In this document: piece after piece, positions 23,918-37,734 of the stretch
Position numbering within the stretch: position 1 is the first letter of the stretch
Layout of the letters: every line of letters starts with the position of its first letter
Assembly (NCBI GenBank): GCA_965113315.1
Contig: OZ220368.1
Reading direction: 5' to 3' (one strand)
DNA from: Podarcis vaucheri
Taxonomy: Eukaryota
DNA: 64,000 nucleotides
Program-made: the position numbers and the translations under genes
Notes under the pieces: generated by a model
Told to the model about the DNA's origin: nothing
Databases searched by the model: none
Seen by the model: the letters and a program-made list of their open reading frames with translations, nothing else

Positions 23918-26074
23918 GTACCAGCATGGCTCTCCTTGATTTTTGTCTAGTGCAAGGAGGAGACAAATCACTTATTTCCCCTGAATCATATTATTTCGTC
24001 ATGTTGACTCTCATTTGGTCCCAGCTGTTTTCAAGATTCATTTCCTTCAGGCCCATCTTTGTCTCCTCTCCTGATGCTTGTTCCCTTGAACGGATCTTGT
24101 GCAAACCAGTGACTTTTACACTGGGCCTCTTCTCTAACATCCACCTTGCCACTTTTCCTCATTTGTCACTGTTACTTTAATCACCAATTCAGACTTTCAG
24201 TATATTGGACTCCTTTGCCCTTTCCGCCCCCTCTTCTTTCCTACTGTCACTTCCTATCTTTGCCAAGGCTCTGCTTTTTCTTGACTCCTGTGCACTGCTT
24301 TCTTATGGGTCCATCTGATTTACTGAACTTCAGACCTGGCTTCTTATTTATCTGCTCCTGCTCGTCTGCTTTTAAATGCCTTAGTCCCATAAACTTTCTG
24401 ACTGCTGCCATCACGGTCCTGCCTCACTCTCTGCCAGAGTTTGAAGATAACTGTATTTCCCATTTACAGTCAGTGGGTTGAATCCAATGTAGCGCTAAAT
24501 TAAACTCACTTAGTAGCATGCATTTTCCAATGGCAAAATATTTTGCACCAGCCGAATGTTGTTGTGCAAGAGGCTGGATAACCAGTTTGCTGATAACTTT
24601 GTGGAACAATAGATTGCATACTTCATTATGCAGCACATTTCTGCTAGCACAGCTGTATTCCTCTTTTGCTCAACATCAAAACTTGCCCATCCTCTGCCAG
24701 TACACAGAGAATTCTGGATACTGCCCAGAAGCCGCTGGGATGCTGTGTTTTCAATAAGGCTGGTAGTGTGAAGAAAAGGCCCCTGTGAGATTCTGGCAGC
24801 TACAGAACAATGAGAAAGTCATGAGGTACAGCTTTGTCCTCCACAGAGTCACGTTAATGGGGGGAAAGCTGCACCTGTTGAATGCTACCCTACTGTGCAG
24901 TTGTTGCAGAAGTTGACAGCTGTGTTAGGAATTGCCTGAAAGAGGGAATTTTGGCACACCCTTCTTTTCCAGTCACGGTGCTGCGGGAGGTGTGGCAAAT
25001 ATCTTAATTCTGTCTTCCAAGCAATTACAGAAGGGCCCAGGAACCCTGCCTCATCCTGAATGAGGCAGTTTTAATTTACAAATTCCACACAGAAGCAACT
25101 GCAGGGATTCTGACAGGGAATGAAGGCTGCTGAGGGAATGGACACGTTTTTGAGCATCCAGCATCCGCCTCCTCGGCCTGCTTCTCCCCACCTCCCACAC
25201 ATTGTTTTCTCTCACAGCTTACTATGGTGGTGACAAGCAGACAACTGACCTAACAGAATCAACCATCCCAGGCCTACCTCTTGATTACATTTCAGTGCTG
25301 GCCCCCTGCACGCGTCTTTCCTTAATTAGATGTTGAATTATCTGGGGTTGGAAATGGCTTTGCAGATGCCCTGCGTGCAGTAGCTCTGGAGGCGGTGATT
25401 CAATTTGCTGGTGCCTTAGTAATGTCTCCCTCCCTCTCTCCCTGCTCAGGCTTGTTCGGTACAAGATAAAGCCTATTAGAGCAGGGATGCAGCAATGAAA
25501 TCAGTGTTGCAGGGCAAGGCGGGAGGCTGGCCTGCCACTACTTTGCTGTCCCATAGCGGGCGAGTGGTAAAAAAAAAACCCCTCTCGCCCGCCCACATCG
25601 TGGCGCCAGAGGTTCCCAAGCGATGCTGCGTCATTTGGGGGGTGGGGCGCAACAAGTTTATGTCTCCCTAGAGGCAAGAAATGGTGCCTATTCCAGAAAA
25701 TGCTCAGAAAAAAAACTTGTTGCCTGGCTACGAACCGTGCATTTTCTGAGAAGCCACAATTGGCTCCAACTCTCAGCACACAGATTTGTACCTACATACA
25801 GTGAAATGCATGTTTGTGTGTGAGAAAGGTCATCATGCATGGAGCACCCTGGGCTCCTTTGGGAGGAAGGTTGTGATCTAAATTTAATCAAGTAACAAAT
25901 AAATGACAGCTTACGTTTAGGTTTTGTACAGTTCCAGCAGTAGGGGATCTGTCATGTACAAAGACAACCCTTTATCAGAGCACTTTCAACTTGCAGTTCA
26001 TGGCAATTTCCTCTTAGTTCCTTTTATTTTTGACTAAGTGGAAGGCAATCTCTTATTTTTAGTCACACAAAAAA

Positions 26075-26215
26075 GGGCCTCGGATGATGATCGCAGGGTC
26101 CAGATTGGTTCCTGTGGAGAGAGGTGGTCCTTGAGGCATTGTGGCCCTGTGCTGTTTAGAGCTTATATGTCAAAACCAGCACTTTGAATTGGGTCCGGAA
26201 ACTAATTGGAAGCCT
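26075..26215 (-). mobile_element. Internal L2 LINE fragment
   Basis: Resembles the reverse complement of the L2 at 34745-35466 (gtcaaaaccagcactttgaattg). Confidence 0.55.
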
Positions 26216-27099
26216 CATTGTCCATAATCAGATCATTTAAGGTTAAATCCATTTTAAAGTGTTAAAATAAATAAAGTTAAAACAATTTTAAATAATTGGG
26301 GTGTTAATAACAACAAGCCCCACTAAGCAATACCCCGACCCAAGGTTCCATTCAAGCGCCCTGCCCTCCTAGGCCAGTTGGAGGAGGCCTGTAAGGCAGG
26401 GAGCAGGTTCCTCTGGACTACAGCCAAAAGTAGCCGAAATGAGCTACTTTTTAGAGACAAAATCTGAAGATAACTCCGTAACTTTTGTTGTTACTGTGTT
26501 GAAAGTCCAGTGGAAATAGCTTGAACAGGATACATCTTTAAACAAATATTTGTTGCTTTTTTTTTTAATGACCTACGTTTGGAGAAGTTGCATTGCAGTG
26601 TTGTCTGGAATGTATGGACATAAAAACACAAGTGAAACTTGGAACAAAATGTTGCAGAGTGAAGTGTTCCTGTTCAGCGTTCCAGCCAACCCACTAGCCC
26701 GACTTTCAGGATACTCCATTCCAATCTCCTCCCTCCCTCTCCTGGTTTTCCATTCCCCCTCACTGTCTGCATTCTGTGGCCACTGAGCCTGCTTAAAACA
26801 ATTACAACAATTGTTGTTGAGGTGGTAGGGGTTCCACAGTTAAGGTTTCTTCCTAAGTATTTTTTTCTACTTCTGCAAACCTGGGTTTTCCCCCCTGAGC
26901 CTGCTGATTCCCTCCTGAGCACAGATGTATCATTTTGACTACATAAGGATCTAGACTCAGGTAATGAGTTTCCTGTTAGTTTATAGTTGTTGTTCCCCAC
27001 CCTCCCCGCTCCCTCTTCAGGCTTTATCCGTGATTTCCCACTGCCTCATGCATGCACGGCTCAGCTTCCTGACTCTGTTATCTCATGGCTTTCCTACAG

Positions 27100-27279
27100 G
27101 TGCCTGATGCAATCCTGAAGTGCCAGCGCGCTGGTATTACTGTCCGGATGGTTACAGGTGACAACATCAACACAGCCCGTGCCATTGCAACCAAGTGTGG
27201 CATCTTGCTACCTGGGGAGGACTTCCTGTGCTTGGAAGGGAAGGAATTCAACCGGCTGATCCGCAACGAGAAAGGAGAG
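27100..27279 (+). CDS. ATP2B4: ATP2B4 coding exon (180 nt): [30 protein letters not shown]...NEKGE
   Basis: ttcctacag|GTG ... GAG|gtgaga; TGDN motif. Confidence 0.97.
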
Positions 27280-27968
27280 GTGAGAGGAATAAGGGATTGA
27301 GGGAACAGGGTGGGGAGAAGCCACTCAGGGGCCCGGTCAGTTTATTTAGAGGACCACTCCCCTCTTGACAGCTTCTGAAACGTGCCTCATTCTGTGTAAC
27401 ACATTCATTCTGTGATCTCTGGGGAATAATGAGCTTTTTCAAGCTCCTGAGAAGGAAACTCTTAGCTCTGAAGTGCAGGCTTGGCAAGGCTAGAATGCAG
27501 CTATAGAGAGGGCTTTTCTCTGCCCATGCTTGTTTTTAATACTACAGGTATTTTCTACGGCCTCCTGCTTTGCATCTGAGCTGACTCCAGCCACTTATAA
27601 ATACAGAAAGCTGACTGGTTTTGCTCAGGATAGAATCAGAGAATTGTAGAGTTGGAAAGGGCTTTGGGGGTTATCTAGTGCAACTCCCTGCAATTCAAGA
27701 ATCTCAACTGAAGCATCCATGATAGGTGGCCATCCAACCTCAACCTTCTCATGCTTTATATGAGATCCATGTTAGCATGGACAGAATGGGTTTTTACCCA
27801 CATGAATGGCTGACGCAACACCTTGGATTGTGAAATTATATTAGTTTGCCTTTAGATAAGCAGGTGTCACTTGTGAGTTCTCAGAACTTCCAGGTAGGAG
27901 GAAAAAGGAAAGCAGTTCTCAAGCTCCTGTTCCAGGCCAATTGGTGAGTTTGTGATTTTGTCTTGCAG

Positions 27969-28056
27969 GTGGAACAAGAGCAACTGGATAAGATTTGGCC
28001 CAAGCTACGGGTCCTGGCACGATCTTCACCCACAGATAAACACACGCTTGTGAAAG
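27969..28056 (+). CDS. ATP2B4: ATP2B4 coding exon (88 nt): [29 protein letters not shown]
   Basis: tcttgcag|GTG GAA ... AAAG|gtaaga; translated by hand. Confidence 0.96.
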
Positions 28057-28326
28057 GTAAGAACTTCTGAGGTGACAGAACTTTCCCTCCAAAAAAATGT
28101 CCTCCAGAAAGTGGGAGGGGGAAGAGAATAGAGGGGGCAGAGCCCAGAATTTGCAGCTTCCTATAGCAGCATTCTGTGCATTTGCCTTTAACCTGCATGT
28201 GTGAAACAGACCTTTGCTTGGAAAATTATATCCTGCCATTCCAGTGCTGGAAAGAAATACTCAAGGCAACTTTCACAACCAAAACTAGTTAAATAACAAT
28301 TTAAAAACAATAATTAAGAAAAATAG

Positions 28327-28601
28327 TGCTCACTGGAAGGACAGATCCTGAAGCTAAGGCTCCAATACTTTGGCCACCTCATGAGAAGAGAAGACTCCCT
28401 GGAAAAGACCCTGATGTTGGGAAAGATTGAGGGCACAAGGAGAAGGGGACGACAGAGGACGAGATGGTTGGACAGTGTTCTCGAAGCTGCCAGAATGAGT
28501 TTGACCAAACTGCGGGAGGCAGTGGAAGACAGGAGTGCCTGGCGTGCTCTGGTCCATGGGGTCACGAAGAGTCAGACACGACTAAATGACTAAACAACAA
28601 C
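28327..28601 (+). mobile_element. BovB (RTE clade) LINE, 5'-truncated, with (CAA)n tail and 11-bp target-site duplication
   Basis: Encodes ...MRREDSLEKTLMLGKIEGTRRRGRQRTRWLD...VHGVTKSQTRLND; TSD aagaaaaatag at 28316-28326 and 28602-28612. Confidence 0.92.
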
Positions 28602-28608
28602 AAGAAAA

Positions 28609-28945
28609 ATAGAATCGTGGAATTGTAGAGTTGGAAGGGACTCTGAAGATAGCCTAGTCCAACCCCCTGCAATAGGCAGCTGTCCCATACAGGGCTCAAA
28701 CCTGCAACCTTGGCGTTATCAACACAATGCTCTAACCCAGACTTTTCCAAACTTCTCATGACACACTTTTTAGGCATGCAAATTTTGCGACAAGGGAATT
28801 CCGTTTTACTAGCAAGTCAGAGGTTAAACTAACCCCTTTCCAGGAGCACGGGGAGCGTTCACACAACACATCTACACACTGGAGCCGACACACTAACGTG
28901 TCGCGGCACAGAGTTTGGAGAGCTCTGCTCTAACCAACTGAGCTT
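28609..28945 (-). mobile_element. tRNA-derived SINE with CR1-type tail, interrupted by a hAT MITE
   Basis: Minus strand reads agctcagttggttagag[insert]cattgtgttgataacgccaaggttgcaggtttgagccc...ccttccaactctacaattccacgattctat. Confidence 0.8.
28738..28927. mobile_element. hAT-type MITE (190 bp)
   Basis: Inverted termini cagacttttccaaact / agtttggagagctctg; 8-bp TSD ctctaacc at 28730-28737 and 28928-28935. Confidence 0.88.
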
Positions 28946-29328
28946 AGAAAACCCCTTTTTCTTCATCAGCAGGCAGACTGAACGCTTGCCGAAACAGTAA
29001 AGTCTTCAGCTGACAGTGAAACATTGGCAAAGGGGAAGCCACACAAAGCTTCTGGAGGCAGAGAGTTCCACAGTCTAGGTGCCCCAAAAGAAAATATATC
29101 CTTGCCAACTATACTTAGTGGCATGTGTGAAAGGGTCTCCCCGGTGATCTTTGGTGGATAGCCTCATATGGTAAGAGTCTGCCCTTTTGGTATCATTGGC
29201 CCTAAGCTGTAACCACCACAACCTGAATTGCTTTTGGAAAATGACCTGTTGTGTTGCCGCTGGATGCTCTGCTGCAAGTTTGGGTCTCTCTGTGCCTGCC
29301 CTCTACTGATGTTCCTACCATCTTTCAG

Positions 29329-29435
29329 GAATTATTGACAGTACCGTTGGAGAACGGAGGCAGGTGGTGGCTGTGACTGGGGATGGCACCAATGACGGCC
29401 CAGCCTTGAAGAAAGCAGACGTGGGATTTGCTATG
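29329..29435 (+). CDS. ATP2B4: ATP2B4 coding exon (107 nt): [36 protein letters not shown]
   Basis: tctttcag|GA ... ATG|gtatgg; GDGTND hinge motif; translated by hand. Confidence 0.97.
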
Positions 29436-30095
29436 GTATGGACTGATTGGTGTGTTGGAAATCAAATGCAGCAGCATGTGGGGTTAGTGATTTGCTTGTG
29501 TGTGCCTTGGCATAATGGAGCTGATAAGCCGTGTGTGTGTTAAAGCTCTGTTTTTATTCTGCTCTATTTTCTGTTTCAGTTTTTGCACTTTGCAGAAGTC
29601 AGGAATGTTACAGCTCAGGACAGAATCTCACAATCCCTGGGCTCAGTAGGACACAGCAGGCAAGCATTAGGAAAAATTGGTCACCACAGGATACCTGCTT
29701 AATACTTCTGAAGCTTGCTGGGATTGTTCTGGCAGCAGCAGATTCTGTAGTAACTGACTGCCACCGTGTGTCTCTAATGGAGTTTTGCAACAGGCCGAAT
29801 TGCCTTCTTGATCTGCTGCCATGGTTCTTCACTGAGGTGCAGGAGGAGTCTGAGCAGAGAGTTACTGCCTAGGTTTCTACCACACTTTTGGTGCTGCAAA
29901 GGGGGACAATCAAAATCACCAGTGGAATCTGCAGCAAAATGTTGCCATGCTCCATACCCTCCTCTATGATCCACCATTTCCCCCTGCCACCCAGTTTTGT
30001 GTGCTTCCCTGCCTGTAATAGAATTATGTGCCCATTGCTCAGTCCTCAGTGGGCTGTTTCAAGCCTTCCCGCCCTTAAACTTAGCAGGTGTTAAA

Positions 30096-30143
30096 TGTGT
30101 GTGTGTGTGTGTGTATACACACGCACACGCACACACACACACA
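30096..30143. repeat. Adjacent (TG)n and (CA)n tracts forming an inverted microsatellite
   Basis: tgtgtg...gtgta tacacacgcacacgcacacacacaca read directly. Confidence 0.9.
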
Positions 30144-30397
30144 CCCTGCAAATTGTGAGGTTCTCTGAGGCCTTCCTCTTCTGCATGGATGGTCCCATTT
30201 TTTATACATAAGAGCTGACACTCAACTCTGAACTTCAGAAAGAGAAGGGAGTATTTTATGTCTCAAAGGGCCTTGTATTTCCTATACGCCAATCAGTTAA
30301 CTCATCCATTTGGGGGGGGGATTATGGGATTAGCCATCTAATTCCTCCTGCAATCTCGTGGTCCTCATCTGAAACTGGAAGGTGCCTGCCATTTTGA

Positions 30398-30715
<318 letters not shown>

Positions 30716-31094
30716 TAATGTTTGGAACAATTGAGGTGTCTTGGAACTAGCCATTCTGAATGCCATTCCTAGCTCTGCTGGGCCTCTTTTGTTTTGGAGC
30801 TTTGAATTTCACAATGTCTGGTCTTGATGCAAGGCAGCGTGTAAAGACCTGTGTTACAGAGATGGTTGGGTTGGATTTCAAAGGTAGCCATTTCCTTGTT
30901 GGATCCAGCCCAAAGATCCATCTAGCATTTCCAGCAGTGGCCAACTGGATGCTCCTGGCAGGTCTCAAAGCTGATGAAGGGAGCAATCCCTTGTTTGTCA
31001 TCAGCTTCTGGTAATCAGAGGTATAATGACCCATAAAATGGAAGATCTAGATGGCTATTGCAGCTCATAGCTAGCAATGATCTGTCCTCAGTAC

Positions 31095-31222
31095 CAAGGG
31101 ATGGAGAAACTGCAGCCTACAGATGTTGCTGGACTACAACTCCCATCATCCCTGAGCATTGGCCATGCTGCCTGGGACTAATGGCAGTTGGAGTCCTGGA
31201 GGACCAAAAGGTTGCCATCCTC
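31095..31222. mobile_element. Hairpin MITE copy
   Basis: cagatgttgctggactacaactcccatcatccctgagcattggccatgctg... Confidence 0.7.
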
Positions 31223-31706
31223 AGCTCCATACATTTGTAGAGATTATTGCAGCATGGAAGCACTTGGAAAATTTGCTGTCATTGCCTACTGAAACATCTC
31301 TGCAACAATAAAGACTGCATAGATATTATTTTTTATTAAGTAAATGCAAGTTGGTGTTCTGAAAATAGTTAGGAGTTGGAGCCTTAAGGCTGCACAAAAG
31401 TTATTTGGGAGAAGATTATAGATCATAGAATTGTAGAGCTGGAAGGGACCACAAGGGTCATTGAGTCCAACCCCCTGCAAGATACATGTGCTCTCTAAGC
31501 TAACCCCCCCCACTCTGAACTAAATATTTAGTAGTTTAACACTATAGTTGTAGCAGTAGTATTTTTGGGCTTCCAACTTGACCATCCCTGGATGATTATA
31601 CTAGTGGGTTAAGAGTTTGAACTTGTTGCATGTCAGCTCCAGGTGAGCAGCTGAGGGAGTGGGGAGGCATAGTCCTGGACCAGAAATGAAATGCACTCCT
31701 TTCTGA

Positions 31707-32084
<378 letters not shown>

Positions 32085-34251
32085 TAGCTGGCAGTAATCA
32101 TTTATAATTCTATGGTAGCCATTGATTGAGTGGCTTAGCATACAGGAAAGTTTTCAAACAAGGCTTCTCTTTCAATAAAATGAAACTGTTCATGCAGCTG
32201 ATTCTGATAGCTGGCTACTCTCCCATCTATGATGTAGACTGCCAGGAGCAACATGCTGCAGCCCCCGGAGTGGAGAACAGGCGGGGGCATGGTGCGTTGC
32301 CCACGAGGGCATAGTGCATATCTTGAGATGGTGTGGCACGCATCCCGGGGGGTGGCCGGGATGGCACCCTTTCCCCCAAATGGTACCCGGTGTGGTGTGT
32401 TCCCCCTGCCCCCCTTTGTACGCCAGTGCCAGGAACAACTTCTATGTATGATCTTGCAGGGTTCAGAGGCAGAAATTCCATGCAAAAGTCATAATGAAGA
32501 CCATTGCATGTCTGGCTGTTGTGCAGCTTTGACACAGTCTGTCAGGAAAAGACAGTCTCTATGGAGACTATATGACCCATACATTTAATCCTTGGCCAAG
32601 GGAAGAGCTTTAATCTAGGAAATTATGCCTTTCATCAACACAATTTAGCTTTTCTTTTGCCTTTTAAAAGCTGTTTTACATTGGTTTTTCCTTCAAGTGA
32701 TGTATTTAAATTTGGACAGGTTCAAGTACAAGTTAATTGGACTTCTTTTGGCTCCAGTCTCATAAAGGGAGCTGTCTAATTTTCCAGCAGCTCCTTATCT
32801 AGGACTGACAATCCTCATTCCAAATACAACCCTCATTCTGCCCTGAGAAGACATTAATGCAAATTGCACCGTCCTTTTTGTGTGCATGGGTCTGGTTTGT
32901 ATCATCCGGTTGCCAATATCTGAGACTTCGCAGAATGCAGACTTTGGCAAGTACAAGTAACGTGGAAGTACAGGGAATCAAGACAAGAATAGACATCTCA
33001 CTTTCTGGATTCACTGGCCTGATATGCACCTCATATTAAACCATAATTTAAAAGAAACTCTTCCCACCACGCTCATTCCCTCGCTCCTGCTGCGCCACAG
33101 AAAAAACAAGCCAGAGTCTGGGTTGTCATGTCATCTAAACCTATGCTCATGGTTTGAGCAGTGAGCCCTTGCACATTGAATCATAGTTTCTTTTGAACTA
33201 TGGTTTGATGGATTTTCTTAGTTCCATGATTATTGTCTACATTCCAGTTGGCTGGTGGCGTTTAAGAAGGCTGAAGAGAAGAGCATGTCCCTTGGCATAC
33301 ACAGCCAATGAGCTACTGTGTTGCCTCTGTGCCCTTCCTTTGTAACTGCAGGGAGCAGCTCTCTGCAGGGTGTCTGCAGAACTGCAGCGGGCTCTCTCGG
33401 AATGGTGCCACCCCACATGGTTGCTTCTGCAGATGGGCAGTCCCTATCTCTTGATACCCTGTTTTCCTGGAGACACTAATGTCACATTATATTTGTCCCA
33501 CACTCATGAGGGCTAGAAGGCTAGCTAGGATTTTGGACTTGTTTTTTAATGAAAAGTGAAATTCTCAGGAAAACAGAAATACACAAGCAACAGAAAGTCC
33601 CCAAATATGAAAATGTACCGAACAAGCCTATAGAGAACGAAGTGAAAATGGATACACACAAGACAATAAGCAATACACATTCTTGATGGAACACCCATTA
33701 TTAGCCTGCTTTGCCAAATGAGTCTTTTTCAGACATATTCCAGCAATGTTGAGTCCTTGGGAAGAAATATTTTCAACCGTCGTCTTAGGGAATGACTCCA
33801 AATTCTTCATATGCATCAACAAGATCCTTTATTGGCCATTAAAACAGTCTAATATTAGGCAAAACAGTGTTCCATTGGGTGTGTATATTGCTTTTTGTCT
33901 TATGTATATCAGTGTTTATTCCCTTCTGTATATGGTTCTTCAGTACAGTATAGCATATTTTCATATTTTGGGTCTTTCTGTTGCATGTGTATTTCTACCT
34001 AGGGAGCCTTGCTGCAAGTTGTGCATTATCCTTGAATTCTCAGGAAGCTACTTTGTGTGCTGGAAGAACGAGCCTGTGCTGTTCAGAGAATGAGTTGCTT
34101 AATGGCACGCAAGATGTTTGCAGTTAACCCTGGTTTGGGGATTGTGTTCTCTACTGGGTTGTATAATCACATCATAATCTCTGGTGTCTGTGTGTAGGGG
34201 AAGGATTGTTGTTATTCTTATCATTTTTTCTTCAAACTCTTCTTCTGCTAG

Positions 34252-34463
34252 GTGAGAAAATTTTTGATATTGACAGTGGCCGGAACGTCCCCCTCCACTC
34301 TCCACCCACTGAACACTACACCATTGTCTTCAACACTTTTGTCATGATGCAACTTTTCAATGAGATCAATGCTCGCAAGATCCACGGTGAGCGGAATGTC
34401 TTTGAGGCCATTTTCCGGAACCCCATCTTCTGCTCAGTGGTGCTAGGAACCTTTATTGCCCAG
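34252..34463 (+). CDS. ATP2B4: ATP2B4 coding exon (212 nt): [47 protein letters not shown]...GTFIAQ (TM8-TM9)
   Basis: tcttctgctag|GT GAG ... CAG|gtaaat. Confidence 0.97.
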
Positions 34464-34744
34464 GTAAATTATATTGGCTAAGAGGCAGGCGGGAAGGGGA
34501 TCATGAGGAAATGGAGAGAGAAAACTGGAGGTGGAGGGGAGAGACTATGAAAGGAAACACTGTCAGAAGTTGTTGTCTGAAGCATGCTCCTTGACCAAAC
34601 ACCACGTAGCTCTTTGTGAGGCTGACCACAATAAGGCCTTGTATGGACAATCCATCCAGAAGATAAATTGTATATTGAGGAGTTAGTGATCTGACAAGAC
34701 AGGACTACCTCACAAGTGTGTGGGGAAACAGAAATAAGATGATT

Positions 34745-35421
34745 GGATACGGGAGTGATCCACGCAACGGTCACCTCCAGACTTGATTACTGTAACTCAC
34801 TCTACGTGGGGCTGCCCTTGAGACTGACCCAGAAACTCCAGCGGGTGCAGAATGCTGTGGTGAGACTCCTTATGGGGTCCTCGCTGCGGGATCACATTCA
34901 CCTGGTGCTATACCCGCTGCACTGGCTCCTGGTGGAGTACAGGGTCAGGTTTAAGGTGCTGGTTTTCACCTTTAAAGCCCTATACGGCCTAGGACCCTCA
35001 TACCTACGGGACCGCCTCTCCCGGTATGTCCCACGGAGGACCTTACAGTCTTCAAACAAAAACATCTTGGAGGTCCCGGGCCACAGGGAGGTTAGGCTGG
35101 CCTCAACCAGAGCCAGGGCTTTTTCGGCCGTGGTACCGATCAGGTGGAACACTCTGTCACAAGAGACTAGGGCCCTGTGGGACTTGACATCTTTCCACAG
35201 GGCCTGCAAGACAGAGCTGTTCCACCAGACCTTTGGCCAAGGCACAGTCTGACCCCCTCCTTCTGTAATCCTCACCGAACTCTAGCCCAATGGTTGCCAA
35301 TAATTTGATTTTGAATTGATTTTAAAATGAATTGATTTTAGAATGTTGTGTTACTTTTATTGTTGTTAGCTGCTCTGAGCCCAGCTTCGGCTGGGGAGGG
35401 CGGGATGTAAATAAAAATTTA

Positions 35422-35466
<45 letters not shown>
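34745..35466 (+). mobile_element. 5'-truncated L2 LINE (second subfamily) with 169-aa ORF2 C-terminus and (TTA)n tail
   Basis: VIHATVTSRLDYCNSLYVGLP...LQRVQNA...LHWL...FKVL...RAFS...WNTL, typical of the L2-clade ORF2 end. Confidence 0.9.
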
Positions 35467-35467
<1 letters not shown>

Positions 35468-35662
35468 TCGTGGGAAGGAGGACACCTTAGCATGGAGAAA
35501 GATCTCTTCTCTGGAACCAGAAAGACAGTCTCCAGGTCATCTCCAGAGGTGCAAGGTCTGCAGCCAGACAGACTTGGAGGTTTTCACCTTTCTAAGAACC
35601 CAAGGGGTGGAGGAAGAGGCAGCATCAGTAGGCAAAGCAGAGAAAAAGAGTCCTCTTTCAGT

Positions 35663-35792
35663 CATAAGAACATAAGAGCCCTGGCGGCTCAGGCCATCAT
35701 GTTCTCACAGTGGCCAATCAGATACCTATGGGAAAGCCCATGAGTGCAGCAGCATTCACCCTACTTGTGATTCCCAGGAACTGGTATTCAGA
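35663..35792 (-). mobile_element. CR1-type LINE 3' fragment
   Basis: cataagaacataaga tail; shares sequence with the element at 46205. Confidence 0.6.
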
Positions 35793-36698
35793 GTCAGATA
35801 GACTGGCTCCCTCGTGAGTGGAGAGGAATTGCTTTTCTCAGGATACCTCTGCTTTATTCCCACAGAGCAGACAGTTATATTTTAGTGTGTTCAGCCCACA
35901 TAGACCTCACCCCCTGAATGCACTAGCCAACAGGAATGTTGCTTCAGCCCAAACACTGGGAGCAGGGGGGTCCCTCTGAGTTGTCAGAGGTCTTTCCCCC
36001 AGGGCACCTCTTCAAAGGTTTAGTACAGTTATGCCAGGGAGGACAGGGAGCCCAAGGGTTAGAGTCAAGGGAAGTCCAGGCAGTTCCATTTCCCACAAAC
36101 TTGTGGGACATCATTCACAGGGAATAGGCCAAACCATCTAAGCCAAAATCTCGTCATCATTTTTGCAACAAGTTCTACCATGTATCAGCTGATGTTAATG
36201 CATAGCTTGGCTACACCCAAGGCAGATGCCCCAGTTAGACCTTTCACATCTGAGGAACTCTTGCTTTCGGGCTTAGATGAATTTCTGAAATGGACTGAAG
36301 TGGCTGGGGCCCCCAGTGCAGATGCTTCAAGGCACATTTTGCGGCTCTTGAGCCCACAGCTGCATCCTCCAGCAGCCTTCACCTCTCTGAACCAATCCGA
36401 TTGAGAAATACCTGGACACACGGTAGAGATGTCTTCCCTTCCAATGCCTTATAGTGGAATCTCACAGAAGAAAACTCTCATGGCTAGTCTGCTGGCTTTC
36501 ATTATGCACATCAGGGCAATAATACACATTGAAGCTTGGATCTGATTGTGTGGGTCCATGTTATGGCGCTCTGGTAACATGCCACTCAAACCAGTGATGA
36601 GGCTAATTTTTGTTGTACTTAACAAACTATGTTGATGCATTCAAGCATGACTCTCATAGAAACGGGCATAGAAATGGCCCCATGCTGTAGACGTGGTA

Positions 36699-36940
36699 CA
36701 ATGGTACCTCGGGTTACATACCCTTCTGGTTACATACGCTTCTGGTTACAGACTCCGCTAACCCAGAAATAGTGCTTCAGGTTAAGAACTTTGCTTCAGG
36801 ATCAGAACAGAAATCGTGCTCTGGCGGCGCAGCAGCAGCAGGAGGCCCCATTAGTTAAAGTGGTGCTTCAGGTTAAGAACAGTTTCAGGTTAAGTACGGA
36901 CCTCCAGAACGAATTAAGTACTTAACCCGAGGTACCACTG
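36699..36940. mobile_element. Tigger/pogo-like MITE
   Basis: TA|caatggtacctcgggtta ... taacccgaggtaccactg|TA; internal repeats of gcttcaggttaagaac. Confidence 0.88.
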
Positions 36941-37306
36941 TATTTACACCTTACATGTGAGGTATCACCAATGCACTGGCGAAAGTTCCTTTTTCAGTTT
37001 TATGATATGAATAAGCACTTTTCTTATATGATGCAAGAAAGGGAGGGTCCCTTGAGTAGGTCTGAAAAATGACTTGGAGCCACCTTCTGTCCTTTGTCCA
37101 AAGCACACCCTGCACAAATGTAGCTAACTAGAACGTGACATGCAAGTTGTTGTATGTTTTTGTCTAGTAACATGCCATGAGTTACCTGAAGAAAATGTAA
37201 AGTGTACTGTTTTGGAAGGTAACAATTCTTGCTGTACCTCCATGGTTCTTTTTTTTTTTTTAACCAAAGCTGATCTGATTATGCTCTTTTTCCTCTTATG
37301 CCACAG

Positions 37307-37414
37307 ATCATCATTGTAGAATTTGGTGGGAAGCCCTTCAGCTGTTCTGGACTCACCTTGAGCCAATGGTTCTGGTGTGTTTTCATTGGTGTTGGAGAGC
37401 TGCTTTGGGGACAG
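37307..37414 (+). CDS. ATP2B4: ATP2B4 coding exon (108 nt): [36 protein letters not shown] (TM10 region)
   Basis: gccacag|ATC ... CAG|gtgagc; translated by hand. Confidence 0.96.
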
Positions 37415-37600
37415 GTGAGCCTGAACAAGATATGGTCATGTTGTTAAAGGAAGGCTAAGCACCCGCCATACCTCTGAGTACACACACATACACACTTTGT
37501 AGCTATGTGGGTGCAAAATTTGGTGATGCTGTTAATAGTCCAAAGTGCTTTATGAAGGCAAGACTCACCTCCAAAAGCATAGCAGTCTTTAAGCTTAGAT

Positions 37601-37734
37601 CAAGGATGGGGAACCTGTGGCTTTCCAGATGTTGTTAAGTCTGCCTCTTTCATCAACCATTGACCATTCTGGCTGACACTGATGGGAGTTGGAGTCCAAC
37701 AACAAGTAGAGAGCCACAGGTTTTCCCAGTCCTG
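37601..37734. mobile_element. Hairpin MITE copy
   Basis: caaggatggggaacctgtggc ... gccacaggttttcccagtcctg inverted ends. Confidence 0.75.

Noticed and set aside
32270-32430. GC-rich patch as a CpG island or regulatory element
   Set aside because: Short and ends in a hAT-like terminus (gtacgccagtg); probably a transposon fragment, but its boundaries could not be defined.
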